NCBI GenBank assembly: GCA_951406725.2
Contig: OX597815.1
Span: forward strand, 161,820,001 to 161,884,000
Length of the DNA: 64,000 nt
From: Octopus vulgaris
Lineage: Eukaryota
Direction: 5' to 3'
The notes under the pieces are model-generated. The model saw only the letters and a program-made list of their open reading frames with translations, did not search any database and was not told where the DNA came from. The translations under genes were made by a program, and so were the position numbers. Numbering within the stretch: the first letter of the stretch is position 1; every line of letters starts with the position of its first letter. This document shows positions 50,874-63,736 of the stretch, in pieces.

Positions 50874-51881
50874 CACAAACACACATGCACACACATAACA
50901 CATATATATGCATGCACATACATATACCCACACAGTGCTTCCAAATATCAGTTTCACCATGATGGGCGAGATTTTCGTGTGAACTTCATATCACCAGATA
51001 CACACATTGTTCAAGTGTGCTTGCATGTATGTTTGTGCATGTGTGTATGTGTGCATGCACATGTCTGTGTATCTATCTGTAATGGGCATGTGTGTGGGTG
51101 AGAGAGAGAGAGAAAGAGAGTGAGAGAACCAGTATCTAAAACAATTGTACAGAAAGAAATCTAAAATATTCACCAAACAAGACTGAAACATTATCTATAG
51201 TTTAATAAAACTACACAATTTTCAATGATGCTTTTGTTAAATGCAGAAAGTTCTCATTAAGCACAACTAAACAAATCCACAACAGAAACTAGCTTCAGGC
51301 TAGAAAGCATGTAGAGCCAAGCAAACAATAAGGACAATTAAATAAAATAAAATAAAAATAAAAACATAGATAGAAACCTATTTGTAAATTTTATGTTGCA
51401 TAGTATAACACCTTATTATGACAATGTTGACACCTAATGCTGACAAATTATAATCACTTTGCATAGTAATTAACCAAAATTTCCAACATAATTTTTGTTA
51501 AATCTTTCATGCTGAAAGAAAGGAATGTTTCCTAAAAGAATTTTCAATTATATATTAATCAGCCTAAATAGCATTTAGAAAATAATTATAACGAGAAATA
51601 TTTTTCCTTCAAATCAATTAGTTTTTTTTTGTTCGCTTTATTTTTTTTTAGTATTATATTTGTTTTGAATATTGTAAACATTTGTATCATAATAATTGTA
51701 AATATTAACAGTAAAATAATTATCAGCCATGTTCCTCGATATCCAAACTCCTACTTTTCTATATTGGATAAGAGATATAGGTTCTAACATAAATTCTGCA
51801 GCACAGAAGATGGCAGGCATGAGACATTTTGTCACAGATTTTTGGCGCCACCTCTTAGGTGTTGCTGCTTTAATACCAACT

Positions 51882-52062
51882 TACTCTTTTACTTGTTTCA
51901 CTCATTTGACTGTGGCCATGCTGGAGCACCGCCTTTAGTCAAGCAAATTGACCCCAGTACTTATTCTATCGGTCTCTTTTGCCGAACCTCTAAGTTACGG
52001 GGACGTAAAAACACCAGCATCGGTTGTCAAGTGATGTTGGGGGGACAAACACAGACACACAA

Positions 52063-52095
<33 letters not shown>

Positions 52096-52260
52096 CACGA
52101 CGGGCTTCTTTCAGTTTCTGTCTGCCAAATCCACTCAGAAGGCTTTGGTCAACCCGAGGCTATAGTAGAAGACACTCGCCCAAAGTGCCACTCAGTGGGA
52201 CTGAACCAGGAACCATGTGGTTGGTAAACAAGCTACTTACCACACAGCCACTCCTATGCC
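51882..52260 (-). mobile_element. SINE family A
   Basis: Family consensus. Confidence 0.9.
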
Positions 52261-52419
52261 TTATTTGATTTCAGACATTTATGCTTCAAAGTTTCTCTTA
52301 TTTTGATCTCCACCCACTCTTTCTTTCTTTATTTATGTATGAGAACATATTTCTCTTCTTAAACGTGTATAAGGAGAGAGAAAGGGTTTATGCCAATCGT
52401 TTTCAATTAATAAATTGTA

Positions 52420-52706
52420 ATGTCTCTCTCTTTCTCTCTCTCTCCCTTCATCTATCTATCTATCACTTTTCTTTCTTCTCTCTCTCTCTCATTACCTGTC
52501 TATTTATTTCTCTCTCTATCTGTCTATTTCTCTTTCGCTCCCTCTTTTTATTTATCTCTCTCTCTATCTATCTATTTGTCTCTCTTTCTCCATCTCCTCT
52601 CTATCTATTTCTCTCTCTCTCTACCCCTTTTGATCAATTTCTCTCTCTCCCTGTCTCTATCTAGCTAGCTCTCTCTCTATCTATTTAGCTATCTGTATCT
52701 ATCTTT

Positions 52707-52743
<37 letters not shown>

Positions 52744-52880
52744 TCTCTCTGTTTACATGTATGAGCATGTTTCTCTTTCTGTGTATGAGGAGAAAGTGTT
52801 TATGTTGTACTCAGTTTATAAACTGTAATGTTGCTCCTTTCTTCCACCTCTTCCCCTTCTCTCTCTCTCTCTATCTGTAT
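52420..52880. repeat. Degenerate (CT)n/(CTAT)n polypyrimidine tract
   Basis: Seen directly. Confidence 0.85.
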
Positions 52881-53753
52881 GTGTATGTTTTTGTGTGTGC
52901 ATGTTTGTGTGTGTTTGCCTACAGTGCTAAAAATTGCTGTCACTAAAGCAAGTTCTATGTCTCATCGGCAATACCAAGTTGCCTACATCCAAGCAGCTGA
53001 ACCCAATTGTCTCATTACAAGAGATTACAAATCAACTGCCATGTGTCATTTTTGTCTGTGCATTTCAATGTTAGTCATCTAATATGGCTATTTGATCGTT
53101 CTTCTCAAGTTTCTTCAGACCTTCCACATTCTATACTCATGAAACCTTCTATGGTTGTATGGGAAGAAGTTTGCTAAGATCTAAGACCAAACATCTTGGA
53201 TCTTAGCAGATCCAAGATCAGATGTGTTCAGCTGAAACCAATGTTTTCTTCCATTGTGATGGTAGTCTTGATCAGAGGAAGTTGTGGCTATTATTTCTAG
53301 CATGCTGAGCGATCAGTATAGAGGATCCTTTATTAGTATATGATGTAACACAACCCTTTGTATTACTTCCAGTTCTATTATTTACTCTCCTTAAGACAGT
53401 GAACTAGCAGAATCATTACCACACATGGTAAAATGCTTAGTAGCATTTTGACCAGCTTTACGTTTTGAATTTAAATTCCACCAAGGTCAACTTTGCTTTT
53501 TATCCTTTTAGAGTCGATGAAATAAGTACCAGTTGAGCACTGGGGTCAATGTAATCAATTCATCCCCTTTCCCGAATTTTCTAGTTTTGTGTTAAAATTT
53601 GAAATCAATATTTACTCTTTTAAGTCACCCACAGTGAACAAATTACCAAGAAATATCAAGCAAGCAGGGCACGGCTGTGTGGTAAGAAGTTTTCTTCTCA
53701 ATCACATGGTTTTGAGTTCAGTCCCACTGAGTGGCACCTTGGACAGGTCCATA

Positions 53754-54697
53754 TGAGGTGGTATCAAACATTTCCTGGACTAGTTTTGTTTAATAAAAAA
53801 TAACTTATTTACCTATGTTTTAACATCCTCTCCTTTGAAATAGTCACCTTGTGCAGCAATACACCAGTTCCAGTATTCCTGCCACTTTTGGAATCTGTCC
53901 TTGGAAGTCGTTTTCTACGAGCGAGTCAAGGACCCTCTGCAATTCACTCTGGATCTTGACAATAGTGTTAAAATGGCAACTTTTGAGCCGCTTTTCCATC
54001 TTGGCGAAGAAATGGAAGTCCACAGGTGCTAAATCTGGCAAGTAGGAAGGGTGTGGAAGTGATACCATACTGTTTTTGGCAAAAATCTCATGAGTAAGGA
54101 GACCTTAGTGACAGGATGCATTGTTATTGTGAAGAATCCTATTCTTCACGCTCCACAAATCCAGTCTCTTTTGCCTAATGTCCTCCCTCAAATGCTTTAA
54201 GATGTCACAGTACTCTTGATTGACTGTCTGGCCTTGGGGACCAATTCTCAATGCACAATACCACAGATGTCAAAAAAAAAACGATGAGCATTCTCTTAAT
54301 TGAGCTGCAGCTCTGTCGTGTCACCTTCAGTGATGGAAATGAAGACATCTTCTGTTATGACAACTGCTGTGTTGTCTCAGGGTCATACCTACAGACCCAA
54401 CTCTCATCACTAGTGAGGATACTTGACATGAAGGTTGGGTCATCAGTGACACACTGACAGAGATCTTGACAGACTTCAACACAATGTTCTTATTTTTGTC
54501 TATGACAAAATCACAGACTACAAAATACGCGTGATGACAAAAACACAAATTTCACAACTTGCGAAGTAAGCACAGTGAAGTCACTCACCATACTGCCTCG
54601 TGAAGGTCACTGTTAGCTCTCGCTGTGCATGCCACCATGTGCTACCATCTGTTGGCATGCTATTGAACTAATCCAAGAACGTTTTGATACTACCTCA
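53754..54697 (-). mobile_element. Decayed mariner with TIRs, nested in an old SINE A (53667-55180)
   Basis: TIR TGAGGTGGTATCAAACATTTCCTGGACTAGT vs ACTAATCCAAGAACGTTTTGATACTACCTCA; LPHPSYLPDLAPVDFHFF; ILTSDESWVCRYDPET. Confidence 0.88.
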
Positions 54698-55536
54698 TTG
54701 TCCCAGACCAATCGAGGGCTTATGAGTGGAGTTTGTAAACAGAAACTACAAGAAGCCCATTATATATGCGAATATGTATATATGTATGTATGTATGTATG
54801 CATATGTTGTGCGTGTATGTATGTATGTATGTATCTGTGTATATGTGTGTGTGTGTATGTATGCATGCATATGTTGTGTGTGTATCTTTGTGCTTGCATG
54901 TGCCCACCTTCACTTGACAACTGGTGTTGGCTTGTCCCCATAACTTAGCAGTTTGGCAAAACATCCTGATAGAATAAGACAGACTATAAGTACGAGTCTT
55001 TAACAAATAAGTTCTGGAGTTGATTTGTTCGACTAAAACCCCTTCAAGGTGACACTCCAGCAAGGCCACAGTCAAGTGACTGAAATTAGTACTGGGGTTG
55101 ATTTGTTTGACTAAAACCCCTTCAAGGCATTGCTCCAGCAAGGCCACAGTTCAATGACTGAAATTAGTAAAAGATAAAAGATAGATATATGACATCTTGT
55201 TGTCTGATGCTTCTAATATGAGACATGGTGATGTTCACCTTTCCAATAATTTTACTGTCTATTTTGTCTTTCAGTGAGTTAAATATAAAAATGATTGGAA
55301 GACAGGTAAAATTAGGTTACATATATATGCATAAACAAGTTATATATTTATAATGCTGCACAACATAGAGCATACCTGTTATATAACTGTGTATAAACAT
55401 GTGTGCATAATTAGCTTTTGTTTTAAATAGAATTCAATTTCAGTCTTGATGAATCCCATTCAACATCGATATAGCTGAGTATTTATATTGTATGTAGATG
55501 TACATATACATAAACATATACATACACATGTACACA

Positions 55537-55580
<44 letters not shown>

Positions 55581-55581
55581 T

Positions 55582-55805
55582 ACATGGCAAATTAATGTGG
55601 AACTTTCAGCTCTTGTACCTTGAAAATGAATTTGTACTTGTCATGGTAGGTGTATTAGGTTATGGTACCAACAAATTAGCACAAACACCTAGAAACACTT
55701 GGTTTCACAGAGAAAGAACAAAAGAGACTAAGGCAGATTCTTCAAATCCAATCTGTTAGTGGCACAGTGAAGATTTCTAAGACGTTCCAAAAATTTTCCA
55801 TCTGA
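55582..55805 (+). pseudogene. C-terminus of a restriction-like-endonuclease non-LTR retrotransposon; 3'UTR may run to ~56378
   Basis: GKLMWNFQLLYLENEFVLVMVGVLGY..HLETLGFTEKEQKRLRQILQIQSVSGTVKISKTFQKFSI* (one frameshift); starts in a (CA)n tract. Confidence 0.65.
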
Positions 55806-56370
55806 GACTCTTATGTAAGTAGATGCACATAAGTGGGTATATGCATCAACAGTTAAACCAACTCACAAACCCAACCACATATTTAAAAACGCTAGGAACC
55901 CTCGTAACTCAAAAAGTCTTGTCACTTTATTAGCAACCAGCTTGAACACTTTCAAGAACTTAAAGAAAGAAAGAAAGAAAGAACGGAACCTACCTTCCTA
56001 AATATCAATCTTCTCTTATTGTTTCAGCCTTACACAACCTTCTTAAAAGTTATACCTGACAAAGCTTCACCAAAACTATCTCGTAACATTGTCCGTTTTT
56101 TTTCCGTCCTCGTTTTTGTATACATTCGTTGCTTTCTTCCAAGGAATCAAATGTTCTTAGCTTAGTTTTTCCTTGGGACTGGCCAGATTGGAGCAATCTT
56201 GAGTATAATCAGCTGAAATTGTGAAGATAATCTGGTACTTGACTGAGGAAAGAAAACTTCGAATGACCCATCCTTGTTTTCTTTGTATCATCATCTATCT
56301 GGATGTTTTATTGTCCCATTTTTGTATCACCTAACTGTCTGGATGCTTTGCGTTCTTGTCCCATTTTATT

Positions 56371-56433
<63 letters not shown>

Positions 56434-56674
56434 TGCATATATATAATTGGGCAAGTCAATCTCTTGCTACTCAGAGTCTCAGCAGGCAAGTTATAAGTTA
56501 AGATGTCTTGAAACGTCAAATCATGTCTAGACATATGTACATACATGCACATATTTAGGATGGGTTCCATACAATTTCCATCAACCAAATTTCACAAACT
56601 TTCTTACATTTGTTTTTCAATGCTTGCATGGATGAGACAATTCAATTGTTACTGTATTCAATTTTATACCTGAA

Positions 56675-57519
56675 CTAGCAGAATTGCCCGGCATTGCTCG
56701 GGGCTGAATTGCTTGAAAGTACTGTTAATGATTGCACTGAATTATGATGATTATTCAGGCAAATATTGATATAAGTTTACGGTGGGAGATAAGGACTTAA
56801 CGATCAAACGTGTGCCATTGCATTGTTTTGGGGGAACCAAATTTCTGATGAGCATTATAGGGGCACCAACTTTAAGTTTGAGAAAGTGTGGTGGTAGTCC
56901 GGGGTGCTCAAAGGAATTGAGTACCTCTATTGGATAGTTGATGACGTCCTCTGGGTCAGGAGTTGTATCGATAGACTGATATACATAGACTTCCCCAGGA
57001 ATGAGTTTTAGCATTTCATCATTAATATGGTGAACAGTTTTATTCCTCGGGGCCAGTATAGCCTTTTTGCCAATCCAATCCATATTCTGATAATTAGCTT
57101 GTAGATCTGGGAACACTGCATCTCTGAGATCAGAAGGCATCTTAACAATGTTACAAATGGAATCAATGGCAATATTACCATTTTCATCCCCTGGTATTTT
57201 GCCTTCGCCAAGTGCAAGGAGGGTGTGAGGAAATGCTGCTGATGTGATATTACGTCGCATATGAGCACGCATATTGGTGTGAAGTTTGAGAGTTACTTCC
57301 CTTTATTTAAAAAAATATGCATTAAAATGGAAAAAAATTATGGTAAATTATTTGTAAAATCATAGACTCATCGTAGACGCGCGCTAATACCCAGAAGGGC
57401 TCGATATGAATCACGACTATAAGATACCCGGTTTTGGTTAAACTGCATCGCAAAATGTGGGAGTAGTTAGGAATCTAAATCGGAGTAGACAGACACACAA
57501 CCTTTCTTTTATATATAAA
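56675..57519 (-). mobile_element. Helitron deletion derivative carrying a PIF1 helicase fragment
   Basis: 3' CCCGAGCAATGCCGGG hairpin + CTAG|T; 5' TTTATATATAAAAG..GTGTGTCTGTC. Confidence 0.88.
56751..57295 (-). pseudogene. Helitron RepHel PIF1-family helicase internal fragment (open frame)
   Basis: LHTNMR, LLALGEG, AILAPRN..INDEML, YPIEVLNS, GLPPHFLKLKVGAPIMLIRNL..CNGTRLIV. Confidence 0.92.
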
Positions 57520-58029
57520 CTAGCAGTATCGCCCGGCGTTGCTCGGGTTTGTAAGGGAAATAACTATATAAGCATTTTTAGAGAGTTACTTTCCTTATAG
57601 ATGCCAATTCGGGCTTTCTTAGCCATTTCTGTTTTGGTGTCTTCAAGCCATGAAGTCGTTCTAAAAGAACGCTGGTCTCCTTGACAATGCTTTACGACGT
57701 TGATTTCCTTACACTCCTTTCCCCACAGCTTCACGAGGGAGGGAAGAAGGGGGAGAAGCAAACAGGTGCAGGTGTGACCATGGCCGCCAACTCCGCCGCC
57801 ATCGACACACGAAAAATTATCCATTAAAATGGAATAAAAAATGATGTTTAATTATTTTAAAAATCGTAGACTCATCGTAGACGCGCGCTAATACTCAGAC
57901 GGGCTCGATATGAATCACGACTATAAGATACCTGAATTTGGTTAAACTGCACCGCAAAATGTGGGAGTAGTTAGGAATCTAAATCGAAGGGGACAGACAC
58001 TCACACAACTACAGTTTTATATATATAGA
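57520..58029 (-). mobile_element. Non-autonomous Helitron, head-to-tail with the previous one
   Basis: A|TC 5' end at 58029; CCCGAGCAACGCCGGG hairpin + CTAG at 57520-57523; ~180-bp subterminal block shared with 57321-57500. Confidence 0.88.
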
Positions 58030-58664
58030 TATTTTCGTCCTAAAAAACTTTGTATGGATTGAATGGTTACCTCTATGGAAATATATACACGCACATTATA
58101 CATACATGTGTGTATAGATGAATATATAAATACATTTAAATATCTATATACACTTTTGGGCGATCTTTCTGTTTCTTAGAGATAACTTTATCCCGTCCGA
58201 TTCGCTCCAAAATTTACAGGGACATGTAGAATGAGGTGACGATGCTGGTGGGCTAGCTTAGAAATCCCTATCTTAAAAGGTGTGGTTGCTAGGGGCCATC
58301 TTCCTCACTCACCCTATTTCCTCCAGTACCCTGTCACTCCTCTTCATTTGACAGGCTACTACGGTTATTTAATGTAAAGTCTTCCTCAAATCACTCTCTC
58401 GCTATTTACTCTCTTCCAAGAACATTTTCACTCACTCTTATCTCTTAGCTTCCCATACATTTTACTCATGTATCTATCAGCGTCATAGACAGAAACAAAT
58501 ATTACATCGCCATCGCCATCGCCATCGCCTTCTATTGTCTACCTGTCAACACACAGTGAATTACTTTCACTTTATTCGTTGCACACTGTGTGTGTGCGTT
58601 TGCGTGTGCTGTAACCCAAACTAAGAAAAGCATTTGACATATACACCACAATGTGAGTTTTCTC

Positions 58665-58831
58665 TAAATTTTGCTTAATTGGGGTTGAAATTTTAAAAAC
58701 CGGACCTGGCAAAACCCGATGCATTCTACTCTTAAAAATGCTAGGTAAATTGTAATTGAAGAAATCCTATATTGTAGATTTCTATAAGAGACAAAGGGAG
58801 GCAGATAAAATCTGCCTTTTATAATAAGAGA
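58665..58831 (-). mobile_element. Possible Helitron-like 5' end
   Basis: A|TCTCTTATTATAAAAGGCAGATTTTATCTGCC start with a short hairpin; 3' end not found. Confidence 0.4.
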
Positions 58832-58990
58832 TATCTTTTTTAACACTAACCATTTAACTGTAAAGGAAGTGTGGAGCCATAATTTGCTTAGCCTGGAAAA
58901 CTAGAACAGAAACAAGTTAGACACATTGTTCAAGTGTACTGCACATGAGCTAAATAAAGATATGAGAAAAATTTATCATCATCAGCATCA

Positions 58991-59025
<35 letters not shown>

Positions 59026-59031
59026 GTTATT

Positions 59032-59586
59032 GAGTGAGAGAGCAGTGCATGCCATCAAAGTGACCCTGGGGTAAAATATACGAAGTCCAATATACCCATC
59101 ATGACTACCCGTCTGATAAAGGTACACCAGGCACATGCATCACAACCATATGTGAGCGACATGGTGATCTCATATCAAGATAAACAGCACATGACCTTGC
59201 AGGTGGGGCCCAGTTAGAATTTTCTTCAGGTTGAGTAGCCCATCCTGCTCAAAAGGTCCCTGAATAAGGGTTGTTTAAGGATGTTGAAAGAACCACCCAT
59301 GTTTCCAGAGGTGAATTATTCAAACCCCAAAGAATCCCTCTCAACACATAGCTATGATGCTCCCCCACTACTTCTGCTCGTGATCAGAGATGCACATATT
59401 GTCAGCCACTAAGGGACATGCTCAACTGGTTAAGGTCAAACAACTGACAAGCAAATCTGTGGTATTGAGCAGAATATTTGCTGTAGCCCATCTTTTATAC
59501 CAAGACAAAACAATGTACATGATAGCACTTCCAATCAGTTAAGATGAGAAGCCATGAGAGCCACTGCCTGGTATTGTATCAGGGCA
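59032..59586 (-). mobile_element. 555-bp non-coding element in (TAA)n, copy 1
   Basis: Same two ends as 60259-60814; TTA repeats on both sides; strand is a guess. Confidence 0.8.
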
Positions 59587-59588
59587 TA

Positions 59589-59622
<34 letters not shown>

Positions 59623-59623
<1 letters not shown>

Positions 59624-60158
59624 TATGTTTGACTTTTGCTTTATATTTGTACAAGTTGGCTCCAAGTCTCACCCAGAGACCTCAAGAGACAACAGGGTTG
59701 GAAGTTCATGTTGTTGTTATGCCTAGTGTGCCATATATTTGGGGGGTGGGGTGTTGTACTAATGAATGTCTAAAAAAAAAATAATAAAAAAATTTTTTTT
59801 TTTTTTTTTAAACCGAAAATTATGTTTGTTTTAAACCTTGAGATTACATAGAAAATATTTTGCGTAGGATATGAGCAGTTCCCATGAGCACTATCTTTTG
59901 AATTTCTGTCATTTTGGGGTTTCCTGGTATCTGAGTTAGGTAGCTATCTGCCCCTTTTGCTATCATTCCCAGGGCACCTATGACAACAGGTATTGTTTTA
60001 GTCTTCAGCTTCCACATTTTGCTGATTTCTATTTCAAGATCTTTATATTTGCTCAGTTTTTGGTAGGTCTTGACAGATACGTTTATATCGATTGGGACAG
60101 TCATATCAATGAGGAGGCATGTTCTTTGTTTGAAGTCTTTCAATATGATGTCTGGCCT
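59623..60158 (-). mobile_element. 3' end of an R4/Dong-type LINE (PD-(D/E)XK endonuclease + 3'UTR) in (TAA)n
   Basis: RPDIILKD..CLLIDMTVP..KLSKYKDLEIEISKMW..PVVIGALG..IQKIVLMGTAHILRK (59844-60158). Confidence 0.9.
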
Positions 60159-60205
60159 TATTATTATTATTATTATTATTATCATCATCATCATCATCAT
60201 CATCA

Positions 60206-60258
<53 letters not shown>

Positions 60259-60814
60259 GAGTGAGAGAACTGTACATGCCATCAAAGTGACACTGGGGTA
60301 CAAATATATGAAGCCCAATATACCCATCATGACCAGCTATCTGGTAAGGGTACAGCAAGCCTGTGCATCACAACCATACGTGCACAACATGGTATTCTCA
60401 TATCAAGATAAACAGTGCATCACATTGCAGGTAGGGACCAGTCAGAATTTTCTTCAGATCAAGTAGCCCATCCTGCTCAAAAGGTCCCTGAATAAGGATT
60501 GTTTAAGGATGTTGAACAAACCACCCCTGTTTCCAAAGGTGAATTATCCAAACCTCTAAGAATTCCTTTCAATACATGGCTATGATGCTCCCCCAGTACT
60601 TCTGCTCGTGATAGGAGATGCACATATTGTCAGCCACTAAGGGACATGCTCAACTAATTAAAGTCAAACAACTGACATACAAATCTGTGGTACTGAGTAG
60701 ACTATTTGCTGTAGCCCATCCTTTATACCAAGACAGAACAATGTACATGATAACACTTCCAATCAGTTAAGATGAGAAGCCATGAGAGTCACTGCCTGGT
60801 ACTGCATCAGGGCA
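60259..60814 (-). mobile_element. 555-bp non-coding element in (TAA)n, copy 2
   Basis: Colinear with 59032-59586. Confidence 0.8.
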
Positions 60815-60836
60815 TTTATTATTATTATTATTATTA

Positions 60837-60893
<57 letters not shown>

Positions 60894-61010
60894 GTTGTTG
60901 TTGTTGTTGTTGTTGTTGTTATCATCATCATCATCATCGTCATCGTCATCATCATCATCGTCATCGTCGTCGTCGTCGTCATCATCATCATCATCATCAT
61001 CATCATTATT
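60815..61010. repeat. Compound trinucleotide tract (TTA)n(TTG)n(TCA/TCG)n
   Basis: Seen directly. Confidence 0.95.
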
Positions 61011-61595
61011 AAGGCAGCAAGCTGGCAGAATCATTAGCTTGCTGCACAAAATGCTAAGCAGCATTTATTCTGGCTTTACATTCAAGAGTTCAAACTCCAA
61101 TGTGGTTGACTCTGCCTTTCATCCTTTCTGAGTCAATAATTTACGTACCATCTGGGTACTGAGGTCAATGGACATCAGCACACTTAGGCTCTCACCAAAT
61201 TCTAATCAACAGCTCAAGTGTGCCACTGTCCTTTGTGTCTTATCTTTTTATGAGTTTATTTAATGATAAATCCTTATCTGTTGATGCAAGAGTTTGTGTC
61301 TGGGTATCCATAAGACCATGGATGTGTGTATGCATTTCTCTATGTGTGCGCTTACATGAGCATGCATATACTTATCTATATAATTTTTTCATTTTTGTTC
61401 TTATTATTTTTAACTTATTACATTTAATGATTAACTAGATGTAGACCCATTACTTGTATATATAAAAAATAAACTGTATCCATTCCATATCCTTCTGAAC
61501 CATGAAATCTGTATACAACCAGTTACAGACAGATAATGACAGGTGTTATAATTGAACGAAGTGAAATCATGTTTATTGAGTGAGGGAAATTTTGT

Positions 61596-61897
61596 GGAGG
61601 CACATGGCCTAGTGGTTAGAGCAGCGGACTCGCGGTCGAGCGATCATGGATTCGAATCTCAGACCAGGTGATGTGTGTGTTTATGAGCGAAACACCTAAG
61701 TTCCATGTGGCTCTGGCAGAAGGTAATGGCAAACTTCTGTTGACTCTTTCGCCATAACTTTCTCTTACACTTTCCTCCTGCATTTTGCAGCTCACCTGCA
61801 ATGGACCGATGTCCTGTCCAGGTGGGGAACCTATACGCCAAGGAAACTGGGAAACTGGCACTTATGAGCCAGGCATGGCTAGAGAAGGAACAAACAA
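61596..61897 (+). mobile_element. tRNA(Arg)-like SINE family D
   Basis: Reverse complement of 12671-12974. Confidence 0.88.
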
Positions 61898-62187
61898 GGG
61901 AGGGAGATTTTGAAAAGTCAGCTGATGAGATATATCTACACTGAAAGATGTACCACAACAAGTTGTTCAGTATCTCACTTGTGAGGGGCCAATGCAAGAT
62001 AGGTCAAAATGATTGTTGTGATTAACAAAGAATCTCATGAATTCCACTCTGCCTCTCATTTGTGATAAATAGATATCACACACACACACACACACATATA
62101 TATATAAATGTAGATATATATACATACACACACACACCAACACACATATACATATAAATATATACACATGCACACACACACACTCAC

Positions 62188-62241
<54 letters not shown>

Positions 62242-62314
62242 TTGAAACATATGGTTTCATTATAAACAGGGCAAATTTTAGCTATTTCTCTGCAGACTGA
62301 AAATATGATGATCA

Positions 62315-62357
62315 ACCTTAATTGATTTTCGAACCTTATTGAGTTCTCATCAGAGGT
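62315..62357 (-). ncRNA. Minimal type I hammerhead ribozyme, intact core
   Basis: ACCT-CTGATGA-GAAC(TCAATAAG)GTTC-GAAA-ATCAAT-TA-AGGT; stem III is probably a decayed ATCGAT palindrome. Confidence 0.8.
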
Positions 62358-62399
62358 GTCAGCATCATTCTGACAGTTTCCAGAAAAACAAGCAGCCAA

Positions 62400-62762
62400 A
62401 CTCTTTTACTTGTTTCAGTCATTTGACTGTGAGGCCATCTGGAGCACCACCTTTAGTCAACTAAATTGACTTATTCTTTGTAAGCCTAGTACTTATTCTA
62501 TCAGTCACTTTTTGCCAAACCGCTAAGTGATGGGGATGTAAACACACCAACATCAGTTGTCAAGTGATGGTGGAGGTACAAACAAAGACACAACAACAAA
62601 CACATATATACATGTAAATGTATACATATGTATCATCATCATCATCATCATCATCGTTTAACGTCCGTTTTCCGTGCTAGCACGGGTTGAAAGGTTCGAC
62701 CGGGGTCTGGGAAGCCAGGGGCTGCTCCAGGCTCCAGTCTCTCCTCATCCATCCGCAGCATG

Positions 62763-62814
<52 letters not shown>

Positions 62815-63142
62815 GGTGCATGGCTCAGTGGTTAGAGCATCGAGCTTACAATCGTGAGGTTGTGAGTTCGAATCCTTGACTGGGCTGTGTGTTGTGTTCT
62901 TGAGCAAGACATTTTATTTCATGTTGCTCCAGTTCACTTAGATGTAGAAATGAGTTGCGATGTCACAGGCTCCAAGCTGTATCAGCTGTTGCCTTTCCCT
63001 TGCATAACACTGGTGTGAAGAGGGGAGGCCGGTATGCATGGGCAACTGCTGGTCTTCCATAAACACCCTTGCCCAGACTTGTGTCTGGGAGGGTAACTTC
63101 CTAGGTGCAATCTCACAGTTAGTCATGACCGAAAGGCGTCTC

Positions 63143-63177
<35 letters not shown>

Positions 63178-63347
63178 CATACACTCATATATATATATAT
63201 ACCCATATATACATACATATACGTGTGTGTGTGTGTATGTGTGTATATACAATAGGTTTCTTTCAGTTTCCATCTACCAAATCCACTCACAAGGCATTGG
63301 TCAGCCTAAGACTATAGTAGATGACACTTGCCCAAGGTGCCACGCAG
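62400..63347. mobile_element. Nest: SINE A (-) split by a family B stub (62632-62740) and SINE C (62810-63142, +)
   Basis: Family consensus blocks in the expected order. Confidence 0.8.
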
Positions 63348-63697
63348 CTTGCCATTTCCTTTGATTTCTAGATAGACAAAAAAACAATAAAAATTTTATT
63401 ACACAGAGTTATTAAAATAAAAATAAACAATAAAAAATTCTCTGTTGCACACATGGCTAATTCTGCCAACACCTTTGCATGTCATATAGTGAGGTATGAG
63501 AAATATAACTGTTCAGGCATAAAGTTATGTATTGTTCTACTCTTGTCATTTCCCTAGGTGCATGTAAACAGATATTTGTAATAATTTTTCACAGAGAATG
63601 CTTATGTATGTGTGAATAAACAGCTTAACTTTTGAATGTTATAGGTATTATATATCCATGAATGTTCAGCACTTTTACACTCTACACTCCACCACTC

Positions 63698-63736
<39 letters not shown>

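Noticed and set aside
51729-51880. Unique-looking ORF MFLDIQTPTFLYWIRD...
   Set aside because: No splice signals or motif; runs into a SINE.
56048-56090. CTGACAA...AAAA-CTATC-TC-GTAAC hammerhead-like trace
   Set aside because: Too many core and stem mismatches to call.
61918-61980. CTGATGA-GATA...TATC
   Set aside because: No GAAA after the stem; not a hammerhead.
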